Of a DNA stretch of 64,000 nt, positions 1-12,900 are shown piece by piece. The DNA comes from Catajapyx aquilonaris. Its lineage: Eukaryota. The stretch lies in contig KZ538029.1 of assembly GCA_000934665.2 (NCBI GenBank), positions 62,001 to 126,000 of the forward strand, written 5' to 3'. The notes under the pieces are model-generated. The model was not told the DNA's origin, did no database searches, and worked only from the letters and a program-made list of their open reading frames with translations. The number at the start of each line of letters is the position of its first letter. Position 1 is the stretch's first letter. The translations under genes were made by a program, and so were the position numbers.

Positions 1-957
1 GTCTATGGAAAACCAGTCATAAAATGTACTGTACAATCTTGATACTTATTTTACGTCCATAATTATGTTGCCACAGTTCAGCTACATACGAAAAGGTACA
101 ATACTTATGATAGTGTACATGCATTCATGCAACGTTCAAAGGCATAATAAATTGCTTCACGCATTTGTTAGACCTCTCCATCCGCCTCCATCAGTACACT
201 TGAGATCCCTCTCATAATTGTTCATTAATATTAATAATACTTCATCAATAACAGGTTTTGACAATAATAAATAGATTATTAATCGGAGACATTAACAGTC
301 ATAAAAGTAACTGTTGGTCTACCAAGAATAACAGCTATTAAAATTAATATAATAGATAATTAGTAAATTGCAGATAATTCCGGGTATTTCGTAAATAATA
401 GTTGGTAAATAAGTCATTAGCAATAATAGGGCCTAATATGTAAAATTTTCGTCCCACCCGTATACCATCAGTGTTGGTCTTGTTGCCGCTTAGTTATAAA
501 TACAGTACTGTAGTAACCACTCTGTACTAGTAACCAGAGTTCCCTGTACATACTGTAGTAATGGGTGAAATGCCACCCATTAAAATTAATGCGTAACAGT
601 TTATAATAAACAGTCATTATAACAGCCAGTAAATGAGTTACAAATGCGGGAGTAATAAAATATTGTGGAATAGATGATGAACAGCAGTTATTACAAATAT
701 TAAAATTAATACATAACAGTTGATAAATATAGCTGTCGGGTATAGTTTAATAATTTTAGAGCATAAAAATGTTGGAAACAGACTTCTGCATGGAAAATTT
801 CGGAAATTTGTAGTGCAAAATGTAACAGTGTCTTTCCTCTGATCCGTCGGATCCTGTTTTCAGCAACAGATGTGGCCCGGGACAAGACGGGAATTAATAC
901 GGAGCATTGTGCTATTCCGGGAGCGTACATACAAAAGAGGGAGAGATGGGTGGGAGG

Positions 958-960
<3 letters not shown>

Positions 961-996
<36 letters not shown>

Positions 997-1032
997 NNNN
1001 NNNNNNNNNNNNNNNNNNCCCCCCCCCCCCCC
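961..1032. repeat. (GA)n microsatellite, assembly gap (N 997-1018) and poly-C
   Basis: Directly visible. Confidence 0.95.
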
Positions 1033-1402
1033 ACCACCACTTATACCTGTCACCTGCAGGTGACACCCACTTCTTTTCCCATACATCCGCAGAAATGGAC
1101 CCACTTCGCTGGAATCACTTCGGAGAAGAGAGCTTCTCTAGTGGTATGCTGCTGCTGGGAGGGGAAAAAAGCCTAGGAGAGAGAGAAAAAAAAACTAATA
1201 TTATGGAAGGAATTGATTTCCATCAGCAGAGATTTACTGCTGTGCCCTGTGCCTTCATCATCAAGAACCTGCAGAGAGTTTTCTGCAAGTGGATCTGAAG
1301 CTTGGAAGCGTGCTCAAAATGCTTAAAACTTGTCGGGGGGTAAACAACTTCGCAATACACATCATCAACTTGCATTCTTGTACATCTTACAGTAATAAAT
1401 GA

Positions 1403-1535
1403 AACAGAAAGTTTGTTGGTATTTATGTATATATACATGTCACGGCTACCTATAGCCCACTTCCGGAGTACTGAGAGTACTGAAACGTACCATTGATTTG
1501 TTGAAAAGTCCGAAAACCACACTTTTTTTGAGCAT
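1403..1535 (+). mobile_element. Dispersed repeat, Helitron/DINE-like non-autonomous family (copy 1)
   Basis: Shares cagaaagtttg..tatgtc.cggctaccta..cccactt..gaaaagtccgaaa with copies at 18062 and 46568; family assignment is inference. Confidence 0.6.
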
Positions 1536-2364
1536 ATATACTCAAAATATTGATTTGTAGTTTTTTTTAAACATATTACGATCTGCGGCCCATAATCGAA
1601 TTTTTTTCCCCCTAATTTTCTTTCATGCAACCTGCCCTAACACGAGGATTTAATAATCCTGGCATGTCCTCCGAGTCATGGGAATCAAAAAAGCAGCGTA
1701 ACTGACATACGTGACTGCGGAACATCTTGCGACGGATCAAATTTACACACATATATTGAGAGGGGTGCCTTTTTAAAAGGCGGCTCTTTGATGCTTTCCG
1801 TCCATTTGGGGGGCGACAAAGATCAGTTGGCAGTACGTCTGTCGTCGGCATGCCTTAAAGAAGAAGCCTGACCTCCCCCTTTCCCCCTCCATATCTACCC
1901 CACCCACCATCCCCTCGTTCAGGGTCACCAATTGAGGGCCTTTTCAAGTCGCCGCCCTTTTGAGCGGGGGTGGGCTTGGGGACTCATATACACATCCTTC
2001 AGTATGTGTGTGCTCCCTTTTTAGTGTGCGTTGTGTGCGTGAGCTGCAGCGTCTTTCCTGTAGGAGGTCAGAGGTCAGTGACGGGGTAAGGTTTTGGTTT
2101 TGCGCATGGGCTACTAGCTGACAAATGGCGCAGGCGGATGGGTCGCGCATGTCGGCAGGGGGTTTGACGGAGGATGTGTATCAAAAGGACAGGGGCTTCT
2201 GGTAGGGGTTGGTTCACAAAAGTGGGTTCCTCAGTGGTACTGTCGAAAACATTCGTAAGTACTCAACAAACATGGTACAAAATGCTGTATGTGACATTTT
2301 GCTTTTCTCATCCCGCCGTAGTGACCTTTGTGACCTCAAAATGTTGTCTGCATAATCTGTGGGG

Positions 2365-3691
2365 ATGGGTCCATCGAGACTCTTCCTCCTCTTCGTGGTT
2401 GTGCATGTTGCGGGGACTAGTAAGGACACCACGAAGCAGCAGGTAAGTGCCATGGATCTGTCGAGAGGTCACATCTAACAAAAGGCATTTTCAGAACCAG
2501 GAGATTGTCAATGTGGAGGACACGACGGTGTCAAACTTGGGGGTCATTTTGGATATCACGGCGCCTCTAGAGGATTTGGCGGTACCGTCAGCGACGATCC
2601 CGAAGAGTCGTCGGGAGGAGAACCGTCGTCGTAAAGCTCGTCGTCGTCACGAGCGGCAAGGTCGGAGACGACGGAAGAAGCAGCAGCATCGTCAGTCAGG
2701 CGATGCACATCGACGTCGTTCCTTGGAGAAGCAGGTACTGGTACGGGACAGGAGCCTGGCGCTGCTGGGGTCCAACCTGGACGACGTTGACGCTGCTCGG
2801 ATACTGTCAGGAGCGCCCGAAATCGTGAAGGAACTGATAGCCAACGAGGAGGAGACAACGACGTTCGTACCGGATGCCGAAGAGGGCAGCTCGTGGTTCA
2901 GTCTGGCTCGACTAGCCCCTGACGTACCGGAGGAATCTGCAGAAGGGGATGCCCACCAGCTGCAACGGATGGGGTCAGCCCTTGCCGCGCTCTTCGGAGG
3001 CACATTCCAGGTACCGGTACCGTCTGCGCGTATCATCCAATAAGTAGGGGGGAAGGGCCGGGCAGTGTTGTCAAATTATGGGTTTAGATTGTGCTGTATG
3101 TTGCAGGAACCAGAATGGGAGTCACCTGAGGGCAGCGGAGAGCCTCTGGGTGCCGAAGACACCAGAGACCCTTGTCTACGATGGATGCACTGTCCGTGGG
3201 AGGCCGCGCTGGGCCGCGCGGTGGGGCTGCTGCGACTCCCAGGTTGTCCCTGCGAGTGGCCTGTGGTTCAGACGAAGCAGCAGCAGCAACAACAGCAACA
3301 GCACCGACGACGAGTGTGGGACTCCCGCTGGCGCCGCTTCTTCGCCTGGGTGACCGAGACCAGACCGCACTGGGTCCACAACTACAGACCCGGGGCCGCC
3401 CTCTGCGTCCGGTCCGTGCCCATACCCGGTACCCTCGCATCCCAAATGTGCTGCTACGACACGGCCCGCAGCCTGCTGACCCGTGGCTCAGGGGCCGGCA
3501 CCCCGTTGATGATCAGCCCCGAGGCCGCCCCTGACCTGCACACCAGACTTGACCTCTTGCCCTGGAGACTCTGCAAAGGTGACTTTACCCGGTTCAACTC
3601 AGTCCGGCCTCCAAATAACTCTCTCCGGTGCAAGGCCAACCCGGGGCAAGAAGAGTTCCGGAAGCAGATAAGAAGAGCCAAGCAGTACTGA
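2365..3691 (+). CDS. ISM1: Secreted isthmin-like AMOP-domain protein; exons 2365-2442, 2495-3010, 3107-3691
   Basis: Signal peptide MGPSRLFLLFVVVHVAG; GT-AG phase-0 introns; C-terminal LPGCPC..CVRS..QMCCYD..LLTRGSGAGTP..DLLPWRLCKGD..RPPNN..AKQY matches the isthmin AMOP C-terminus; ISM1 vs ISM2 orthology not resolvable. Confidence 0.85.
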
Positions 3692-4201
3692 AGCAGGTGC
3701 ACCGTAGTAGACGTATGGTACAGTGTTTGACAGTGTGCTGGACATGGTGTCGTACTGGTGGCGCCACGAGCCGTGACCGGGAGAACCGCCAGTGGCAAAG
3801 CCACAATAACGTTCGTCGGCCTGCCATTGGCTGTTAATATTTTCGCCGCCATAGGATTCAGGCGCCACCTGTACGACTCTTGTCCAACAGTAGACGTCGT
3901 TTGTGCTGCTAAACTGCGCGATTACCTCAATGCATTTACAGGTGGTTTTACCACATTTTCCTTACTAAATTCTCATTAAAATGTGTCACTGTTAACTGGT
4001 TTTTTATTTGGCGTTTACAGCGAAAACGGCTGGCTTTGTCCAGCGGAGCTAGTGAAATTGCTTTTAAAAAGTGTAGTAGTAACATTACTGCGCAATTTAA
4101 CTTTAATTGTGGATGATGATGGGTGTTTTAAGGCGAATATTTCGAGGCGAAGAGGGCGCTTGGCTTGAATAGGGCTCCGTTTGAGCGCGATTACGCGGCA
4201 A

Positions 4202-4274
4202 GCTCCTGTGGCCTAATGGATAAGGCGTTGGCCTCCGGAGCCAAAGACTGTGGGTTCGAGTCCCACCAGGGGCG
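4202..4274 (+). tRNA. tRNA-Arg(CCG)
   Basis: Acceptor stem GCTCCTG/CAGGGGC, D-arm TGGCCTAATGGATAAGGC, anticodon arm TTGGC-CTCCGGA-GCCAA, T-loop GGTTCGAGTCC, followed by TTTT. Confidence 0.95.
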
Positions 4275-6857
4275 GACTTTTCCTCTCTTAATTTTAATTT
4301 TTGATATGAATTTGTTTTTGGCATAATCATATATGACACTTACCTTAAGGGATGTCGTTGAAGTGCAGTTGACGAACTAGGTCATGTTGAAAGTTGTTTT
4401 TTTTTCCTTTCTACATATAATTATATTAAAAATGCGGTGGTGAAGGTATGGTGTAAACTTTATTTACCACAAAGGCTACCGTCTACAACTTTGGTACAGT
4501 ACAAACTGCCTTCACAGAGAACCCCGCACGTACATCCCATGCGCGCACAATCCCATCTAACCTTCTTTCGATGCTCCTTCCCAAACCCTGCCCTGGATTT
4601 TAAAAGAACACCAAATACTGACTACCTTTGAGCCATTGAACATCACTTTGCTTGAGTAGAATTTTCTTTTTTTTTCTCTCTCTTCTCTTCTTCTTTTTTT
4701 TTTTTTGAGTTTAAACTTTCAAACACCTACAAATAAAAACCATTCGTTTTACATCGACATTGCAGCTACTGCTTCGCTAAACCTAGAGCATTTTTTTTTT
4801 TGTTCAAAAAAAATTTTTGTTTGAATTGAACATCGTACACCTATTTTATTCTATGGCCATCAGATCTCTTGCCTCACACATAGAAAGGGTAAAAGGACTA
4901 ACAAATGTCATACGTACATTGAATTGGTCTCGAGTGTTACTACAAAAGAATTGTTATAATAATAATAATAGGTTTTTTAAAAACGACTTGGGTGTTTCCG
5001 CAAGAGATCACAAGACATCGACTATTTGGGGAAATAGGAGGGATTCCCCGAGACATGTGCATTTGAAGCAGTACAGTCAAACACGCACAGACACACACGG
5101 CTCTCGCCTACGCCATTTTACGATTGAGAATGAGACAGAGTTGAAACTATGGCAACCTACTTGCTAGCACTCTCCCCCGGGGGTTTGTTATTTAATTGCA
5201 GCTTTTTTTTCCCACTAATCTCTCTCTCTCTTTTTTTTTTTAAATACCCAGCTCTTACTGATTATATTAGGGGAGAGACGACCTACCATCTAAATGAAGC
5301 TTCACACTGTACAAAAAAATTATCTTATTTTTTAATGGCATAATAGGTGGCAAACTGGAGACCACCAATGTAAAGTGATTGGGAAGCTGCGTGGATTTTA
5401 AATCCCACTAAAAAACACCAACAAGGAACATCGAAATGGAGGACGAACAATTACAACGATGACAAATCGATTTCGATTACCATACTCATATTTGTTTCTC
5501 TCTCATATGCATTGGGTCTTTTTTATTTGGGGATGGCAAACAACCGGGAACATTTCATTTGGCGGAAGACATGGCGCCACAACCACTTTAAACAGGAATC
5601 ATTTCACTCTGGACATATTACATTTGGCAACATCTGGCTGTGAAGCGTTATAAGTGAGGTCTCACTTTAACCGTCAACCACTGGCTAAGTGGTCTTGGTT
5701 CCATGCCTTCGGCCAAAATGTCTCGCTCCCGGTATTGCTCCCCATCATCATTTTTTTTTTGCTGGTTTGAAGGGTAAGGGTGGGGACGGGTTCGGAGGGG
5801 AGGTGAGCTAGCGGACCTTTGCTTCTGCCTGCCAGTCACAGTCAAAGGCTGCCCCTATTCAGTCAGTGGTTTGCCCTTACTTGGACGTAGGACAGTTGGG
5901 AAGACGGCTGCCTTGACGTGCCAACGGGAGGTAAACAACAGCGCTGGAAACAAACTCCCAGTGTGCAGGCATCGGCAAAGACCAGGAGAGGGACTGAAGG
6001 GACATTTTGTAATTCCAGGACAAATCAGGCAGTGGAAACTAGTACTATTACCCTCTATTTTTTTTAAATCGCTGCGTTAAGTGGTATTGCACAGTAAATG
6101 CATGAGATGGCCCCAAGTATTTATCTTAACAAGAGTTCCTGCATGTTAATTTCATCTGGTCTGAACAATCAATAATTCTGGCAGTCACTTGATATAAGCT
6201 GTACATGACAGGACGTTTTAAGATAGGCCACCTTTGACTACCCTGTTCTTGACCTTTCCTAGCACAGTCCGTTATTTATCTAGTCATTTCCATTCGCCAT
6301 TGTTAGGCACTAGTGTTGTTATTTCGACAGAGGTTGTTCGTCGTGCGAGATTTGTCACAGAATTACCCAGGGGTCGAAGTGGGTTGGCTCAAAACAAGCG
6401 CCGCTCACTGTCACAGTTTCCGGTCAGTGCAAGAATTAGTCGGGTGTTGAGCTTCACTGCTGTGCTTTGTGATCGGCGACAGTTTTGGGTAGGACGATGG
6501 CAAAGGTACAGAAGGCGGACGAGGAGCTACATGGACACACTTAGGACTGGGGGGGGATTTGAACCTCCCGTAATTTCCCATGGACCAACTCTCACGCACA
6601 CACACACAATAATTAATCACTTATAATTATAATTATAATTAATGCAGTTACTGACTTAGGGAGGTACAAAAAAAAAACCAATGTGTAGCAAAAAGGACTG
6701 CTTGGAGAGAGAGACCATAATGTAACAGCCATCAGCAGGGAGTCGAAAACAATTATACAAAAAGTGCAAAAATGAAACAATTATGAAAAGTAGAAGCCCT
6801 TGGAGGTGATGACTTGGAGGGCGATGGCACACTGGCTCTCCAGCTGAGTCGAGCGCT

Positions 6858-6918
6858 TCACACGGCCACGGTGTCATATGGAGTCAGACCATTCGGCATG
6901 TGGTGCATGCCCTCGTTC
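6858..6918 (-). CDS. Dscam1: Dscam last coding exon, ends in PDZ-binding-type motif
   Basis: [20 protein letters not shown]. Confidence 0.9.
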
Positions 6919-9900
6919 CTGGAAAGACAAGGAGGGGGGCTCATCCCCTGGCTACACAGCGGGAAAGAGAGCACACGGTTAGTTGTGACGACACTCTTCA
7001 AGGCCCTGATTCCTAGCAAGTGCACTTGGGTTTTACTCTCACTGGTGGTGATGAGAGACGCTCATAAAGTACGCCACACTACAGGAGAAATGGTGAGGAT
7101 GCGACTGGAACATGTCACGGCACAGGGTAGATCTTAGTGCCTTAGTGCGTGATATTTTACCAGTAATTTATATGGAGGTTCTTGGTGTGACGTATTTTAC
7201 GGACAAACCTTACAACACCAACATAAGAGTTTAATTGGTTAGCAGGCCCACACAAAACTTATTAGTGGTCCAGTGTCACTCAAAAAGGATTAGGTTTCAA
7301 GGCATTAAGTGCCACTGTACTATTACGAGGAGTTATTTTGATGCTCATGTTTGGTCATGTTGGTCAAAACGAATAATCCTGCATTGCAAGAGAAGAATGA
7401 TTTCACAAGGTTAATGGCTAATCAAAGAAGTAATATTAATTCAACACACTTTAGTGATAAGCATAATAGTCAATGAACATCATGCAGTATAGGAAATTAG
7501 AAGAGAATTACACGATGCAAATCGGTTTCAAAACCAAGTCATTTCATATGAGCAATCTACAACTGCCTACTAATATTATCATGCAGTTTTACTTTATTTT
7601 TCCAAAATTAAGGTGCAATGATGAATTTCAAGATCCTGATAATTATTTTGTTCTCTACTTGTAAGTAAACTATGGCCTTACAAGTTAGCAGAAGTGGGAC
7701 TTAATGCACACAGAAAAGGAATAAGCTTCAATGTACACATCTTTGGTACCTTCCTTCAACACTAAACCCACCTTCCACCACCAAAAAATATTGTGCATTG
7801 ATGAATATCAAAATATTAAAACTAATCCTCCTTTCAGTATTTTATATTCATCAGGCACAACGTACACTCCCTCACTCTTAAAAAAATTGCTCATGCTGTA
7901 AGTCACGTCAAACCCATCCTTTTCCAACTTACGGTTTCCTAGTGATGGGAAGCATTTAGAAAAAAAGGAGAGGAGTTAGTCCATCAATATAGAAGCCGAA
8001 TCGAGAAAGTAAAGAGTTCAGTATCCTACACCAATATCTGAATACTCGTTTCAAGAAGGTGACCTGAGAATAACACACACCTTTCAATCAGTTTCCTCAT
8101 CTCCTCAGTGCTCATCGGGTTGTCTTTGCTTGCTGGACGTGGGTTGTTGCCTGAAACGTGAGGCTCTGTTCAATGTAATTCATGACACGAGGCAAGTGGA
8201 GATGCAACGCTAGTCACCTGAGTAACCACGTCCCAGCAGCTGGTCCCGATCGCACTCGGCCTCGGAAGCTTCGTTGCTCTCTTTGGAGTCATTGAATGAC
8301 CCGTTGGCATTGGGAGCTGGTCCAGCATCATGGTTGCGGGGTGGTGGGGGTGGAGGGGAAGGGGAGGCTGGAGCCAGGGGGATGGGGACAGAGCGCAGGG
8401 AGCCTACAAGTTAGAAGAGTGCGTGAGTGTTACAGGCCAACTTACATGGTGCTCCCTGGTACTGAGCATAAAAAGTGTGAATAAATGTGATACCAAGACT
8501 GCGACGTCCGATCGAGCCACGACTGCCATAGACCTCATCATACTGGCGGCTGTACCCAGCGCGGTAATGCTCTTCCTCAGCATCACAGTTGGCCGGATCA
8601 TCATACTCGGGGGTGAAGCTCACACCGCCCTGACTAGGAACTCGGCTGTAGCGTCCATTGCCACCGTTAGGGCGAGGCTGCAAAACGCAGAAACAGTTAG
8701 TGGTCATCCTTGTGTGATCGATCCACAAACAATACCATAGACTGGGAGCCGCTACGGCTGTGAGCATGGCCTCCGTGGCCGTTCTGGTGGGGAAAGGTCT
8801 GAAAGTTGACGGCTTTTGAGGGGTCCATCTCTTCACGGAAGCCCAACAAGTGGAAGGTTGCGTATGGGCAGATCTCATCCTCAAGGCCACCTATTCGAAA
8901 AAAATGGTGCTGCGAGTTAACATATCTGCTCTTTGAGTTGGTCAGTGGAACCTCAGCTGATTGTTAGGGCAACAGCGTTAGCTCACACTGTTATGCTCTG
9001 GCGTAGCATTCATTTGAGTGCTCATTATTTTGGGCACAATTGATTAATTAGGTCTTTTGTTTTATATTAAAAGGCCAGGGTGTGGAAGGCAATTGAAAAC
9101 AGTATTATTTTGTGTGAATTATTTCCCTGATAGACATCTGATATGTGTTGGAACACAATAGGTATTGATTTCCAGCGATGAAGAAGGCAAATTGAAGGTT
9201 GGCATTGAATATTAACAATGCAGCACCCTCTTGCGACTGTGAATTTCATGCAGAGGGATTCATCATTTATTAATCGAGACTTAATAAGGATCAATAAAAC
9301 AAGTGAGAATGTGTTAAAATTATTATACTCTGTCAATAAATACGTCAGAAGATTAACTCCAGTATTATGTGAATCAGATTCATATGACAGCAGTTGAAAG
9401 TCTATCACTGGCTATTTATTAATTTCATGTTGTTCACTAAATGACACTCGTCAAGAAATCTGCGGATTATCCAAAATTTTGTCAGATAAGTGACAATTAT
9501 ATTTTCCATTCAGCTCCTCAATCATAGCGTTTAAAGCAACATAAACATTTGGCCAGCTTTCACACGAGCTAAACTAATCCTGCAATTTTTGCATTCAGTC
9601 ATTAAATAATAATCCCAGTTATACACAGTGAGAGCAACGTTGATGACCTTAACTCGTTCCTGTCCGTGTTCCTTCTTCCCATTCTTCAGAAAAATCCTAG
9701 ACATTTAAAGCCACAAGATGCACATCCCACGAGGAAGAAAAGTTCTCACAAAAAGCGGCACATCAAGATATTCCAACAAACAAGCCAAACCAATCACGTA
9801 CACCTCACTTACACCTGACGATGCCGCACTCACCATATATTCTAGGATCTTCCTCGCCTGGGCCTGGAGGCATCCTTCTGCCAGTGGGTGGGTGAAGGGA

Positions 9901-12900
9901 CAGCTCCTCATACATGTTCCTCCGAGGATCCCAAGTTGCATGGTGGCTGCGCATGGGACCTGACCGATCTGAACATTTCAGGGCGCGGGCACGGACTTTT
10001 GGGAAACATTTACATGGATGTGGCCAGACTCCGGCCTGTTATTAGGCCATTTTGCATTTACACACAATTGTTCTTGAAGGGCTGTATGTTTTAATGTTTG
10101 GTTCATGAGAAGAATACGCTTGCAAAACATGAGTGAAAAAATACGTATTTGAATAGTTTGCAGCTGCTGTGGGAACAGGAAACAAATAATTCATGGTGCC
10201 GCTGATTGCGACATCAGTGTAAAATAATTTGTGACAGATATTTCCTATTTCCTTGACTACTCTTCTCAAATGACACTTTCAAGCTTTAGCCTCCTCCTGC
10301 TTTTACCTCATGAAGTCACAGTTGCCTCCATTACCCATCAGCTCATCTGCTTCATCCACTTCCCTACCTCGCATTATCAGGAAACGCAATAAATTATCTG
10401 AGGTGAAATGATAAAACTAATAATTGCAAATAATGGGCAGAAGGAAGGCCAAGGCTTGCCACAAAAAACTTTTCCCCTCGTGTAATTTTGACAAACGGGG
10501 AGGTCTTGCCACATCCATTTTTCACAAATGATTGTAAGCAACAAATAACAAAAATATCCCAGCACGAGCCCAACGACACTAGTGCAGAAAAGATGATTGG
10601 GTCAAAAAGTTGACATCATGCTTAGGAGACAGTGCTGACGATAACCATAAGTTCCTGGCTATGACGATGGACCTACCTCGCTTGATGCGGTCGCAGGTGT
10701 TGTAGTTTGAGCCAGGAACAGGAGGCAGCTTCCGGTTTGGAGGTGCGATGTATCCCAGTTCATCCCGCAGATCCAGGCGACGCTTGTCGATGGTGGATGT
10801 GGCAGCAGATTGGTTGTAAACAAGATCATCTGGGAGAACCACAATCTAAATTACTTTCGGTTAACAAATAAACATAACACAACTGCAATTAGGACAGAAA
10901 TCAGCCGCATTTACATGAGAGCGATTCATCAGAGATGTTGCAGTGATGTACTATATCGCCCAAAAAGATAGAGACGATTTTGCATTTGACTCAAGTGCAA
11001 CTTGCACTTGAATCAAATGCCAATCGTCTCTATCTTTTTGAGCGATATAGTACATTGAGTTAGCGCTGTCAGCACTGAGTTTACCAACGTACTTGCTGAG
11101 CGAAAGTAACAATGGCGGAAACAATATATTTAAACCCCAAACAACTGGTTTCATCGCTGATAAATCACTCGCATGTAAATGAGGCTTCATATCTGTCAAA
11201 GAACATTCACTTTTACACCAAAATTCCATGTAGTCTGGTCGGCAGATATTTTTACAAATCGACACATGTAAATAGCGTAATCTGATAAACACTAGAACAC
11301 CCAGTCATGTGTTGTCTACCTCTGAGGCGGGTTTGCTCAGGCCCACACGCCCTTCGTGAGATGGCCACCGAAATGACCACAATGCCCACAAGAATGACCA
11401 CTACGGTGGTGGCCACAGGAACCATCACATTGATGTCAAACCAGTCTGGCAACCATGCAAAAGCGCCGTTCCCTGATCCAGACCCGCCTGAGCCAGACCC
11501 GTCGTCTCCTGGTCTCTCTCGGGCTGGTGCAATGGTTCCTGCGAACAAAAAATTACAGGAGGATGGAACGTGGTGTCTCACCTTTCTGCTGGGAGCCCCG
11601 ATGATGTAGGCAGCAAACCACCACCACCGCCACCCCAATGACGAGAACGGCTGCCGACACGGGAATCACCACGTTCAGGTTCAGCGAGGCCAGGAGCCCT
11701 GTAGGTGCTGTGTCCCCATCTGGTACCTCCCTGGCTGGTGCGATTGTGCCTGGGACAGCATTTTTGGTTCGATTTTTTGGAATGTTTCATTTTTTTGGGG
11801 ATGGCAAAAAGATTTGCCTTATTAGGAAGTGCAAATGAGTGATGCCTGATTGTTCTAATTATTGTGTAGCCACGGGGCTCATCTAATTAATGGGCACTCG
11901 TCTGTTTCCGAGTCTCGTCAAGAGTTGGCGGTGGTGGGGTTGACAGCTGTTTTGCACTCACATGCTTTTTTGATTCATCCTTGCATGGGCAAGAAATATG
12001 TATGCATGACATGCGATATCATTTATGGTTGCTCAAAATGTACTTTAACTGCAGCATCACGTTCAAATCACTAAATGCCTTGCACACATAGTTTTCTTGC
12101 CTGTACAACAGTTTGCCAAAAGAACATTAGCATTAATCAAAATTATGCACAGACCATCAGGTCATGCTCACTGTTTAAATGCAACCACATAAAAATTCGC
12201 ATAATTGAAAAATTCAGTAATTGCGAATTTTACTATTTTCAATTCAACATCGTTTTATGATTACCTTGACATTAGACTGACAAGCAAGACAGTGAAGGAA
12301 GAAGTGGCAAATTAAATTTTTGAGTCATGCAATCAATCACATGCTTGTTGTACGTAAATGTAAAAATTCGTAATGATAATGTTCTTTTGCTTTTAACATT
12401 GTCATTCACACACCACAGCTTCAACCAAAAAATTATCTTATTCTTTGTTTCTTTTTTTTAAAAGCATAAGGCTGCCAATGTATGTTTAAATATTATCTAA
12501 AACAACAAGTTAAGTTCTTTATGAAACGTATTCAAACAATGAACTCAAGTCTTAACTGCAAAATTTTGTTTTAAGAAAGCTAAATGAGTCAACTTTTCTA
12601 GTGGGAACTAAAACAGGCTTGTTCAAGGTGGCAAAATCAACTATAGTTATCTCAAAGGGTGTATGTGCAAATGGAAAATGAAGAAAATAAAACGCAGCTC
12701 TACTCTGCAGTTACCTCCAGTGACAGTGAGTGTGGCAAATTCATAGTCATTAGAGGCAAATCCGGCATTGTTATGGGCAGTCACTCGCAGCTGGTACCAT
12801 GTCGCAGGTGTGAGATCCAGGATGTTGAAACTCTTGTTGGGTTTCAGGTTGTTGTTAATCATCGTCCAATCTTGCTGCGAGCTGGAACGTACGTCAAATT

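Noticed and set aside
706..1298. ORFs with poly-ER/LS/P/G runs
   Set aside because: Translations of the (GA)n microsatellite, N gap and poly-C
9648..9696. Purine-rich candidate cytoplasmic cassette exon
   Set aside because: Weak donor (gtcatc) and phases incompatible with the flanking exons
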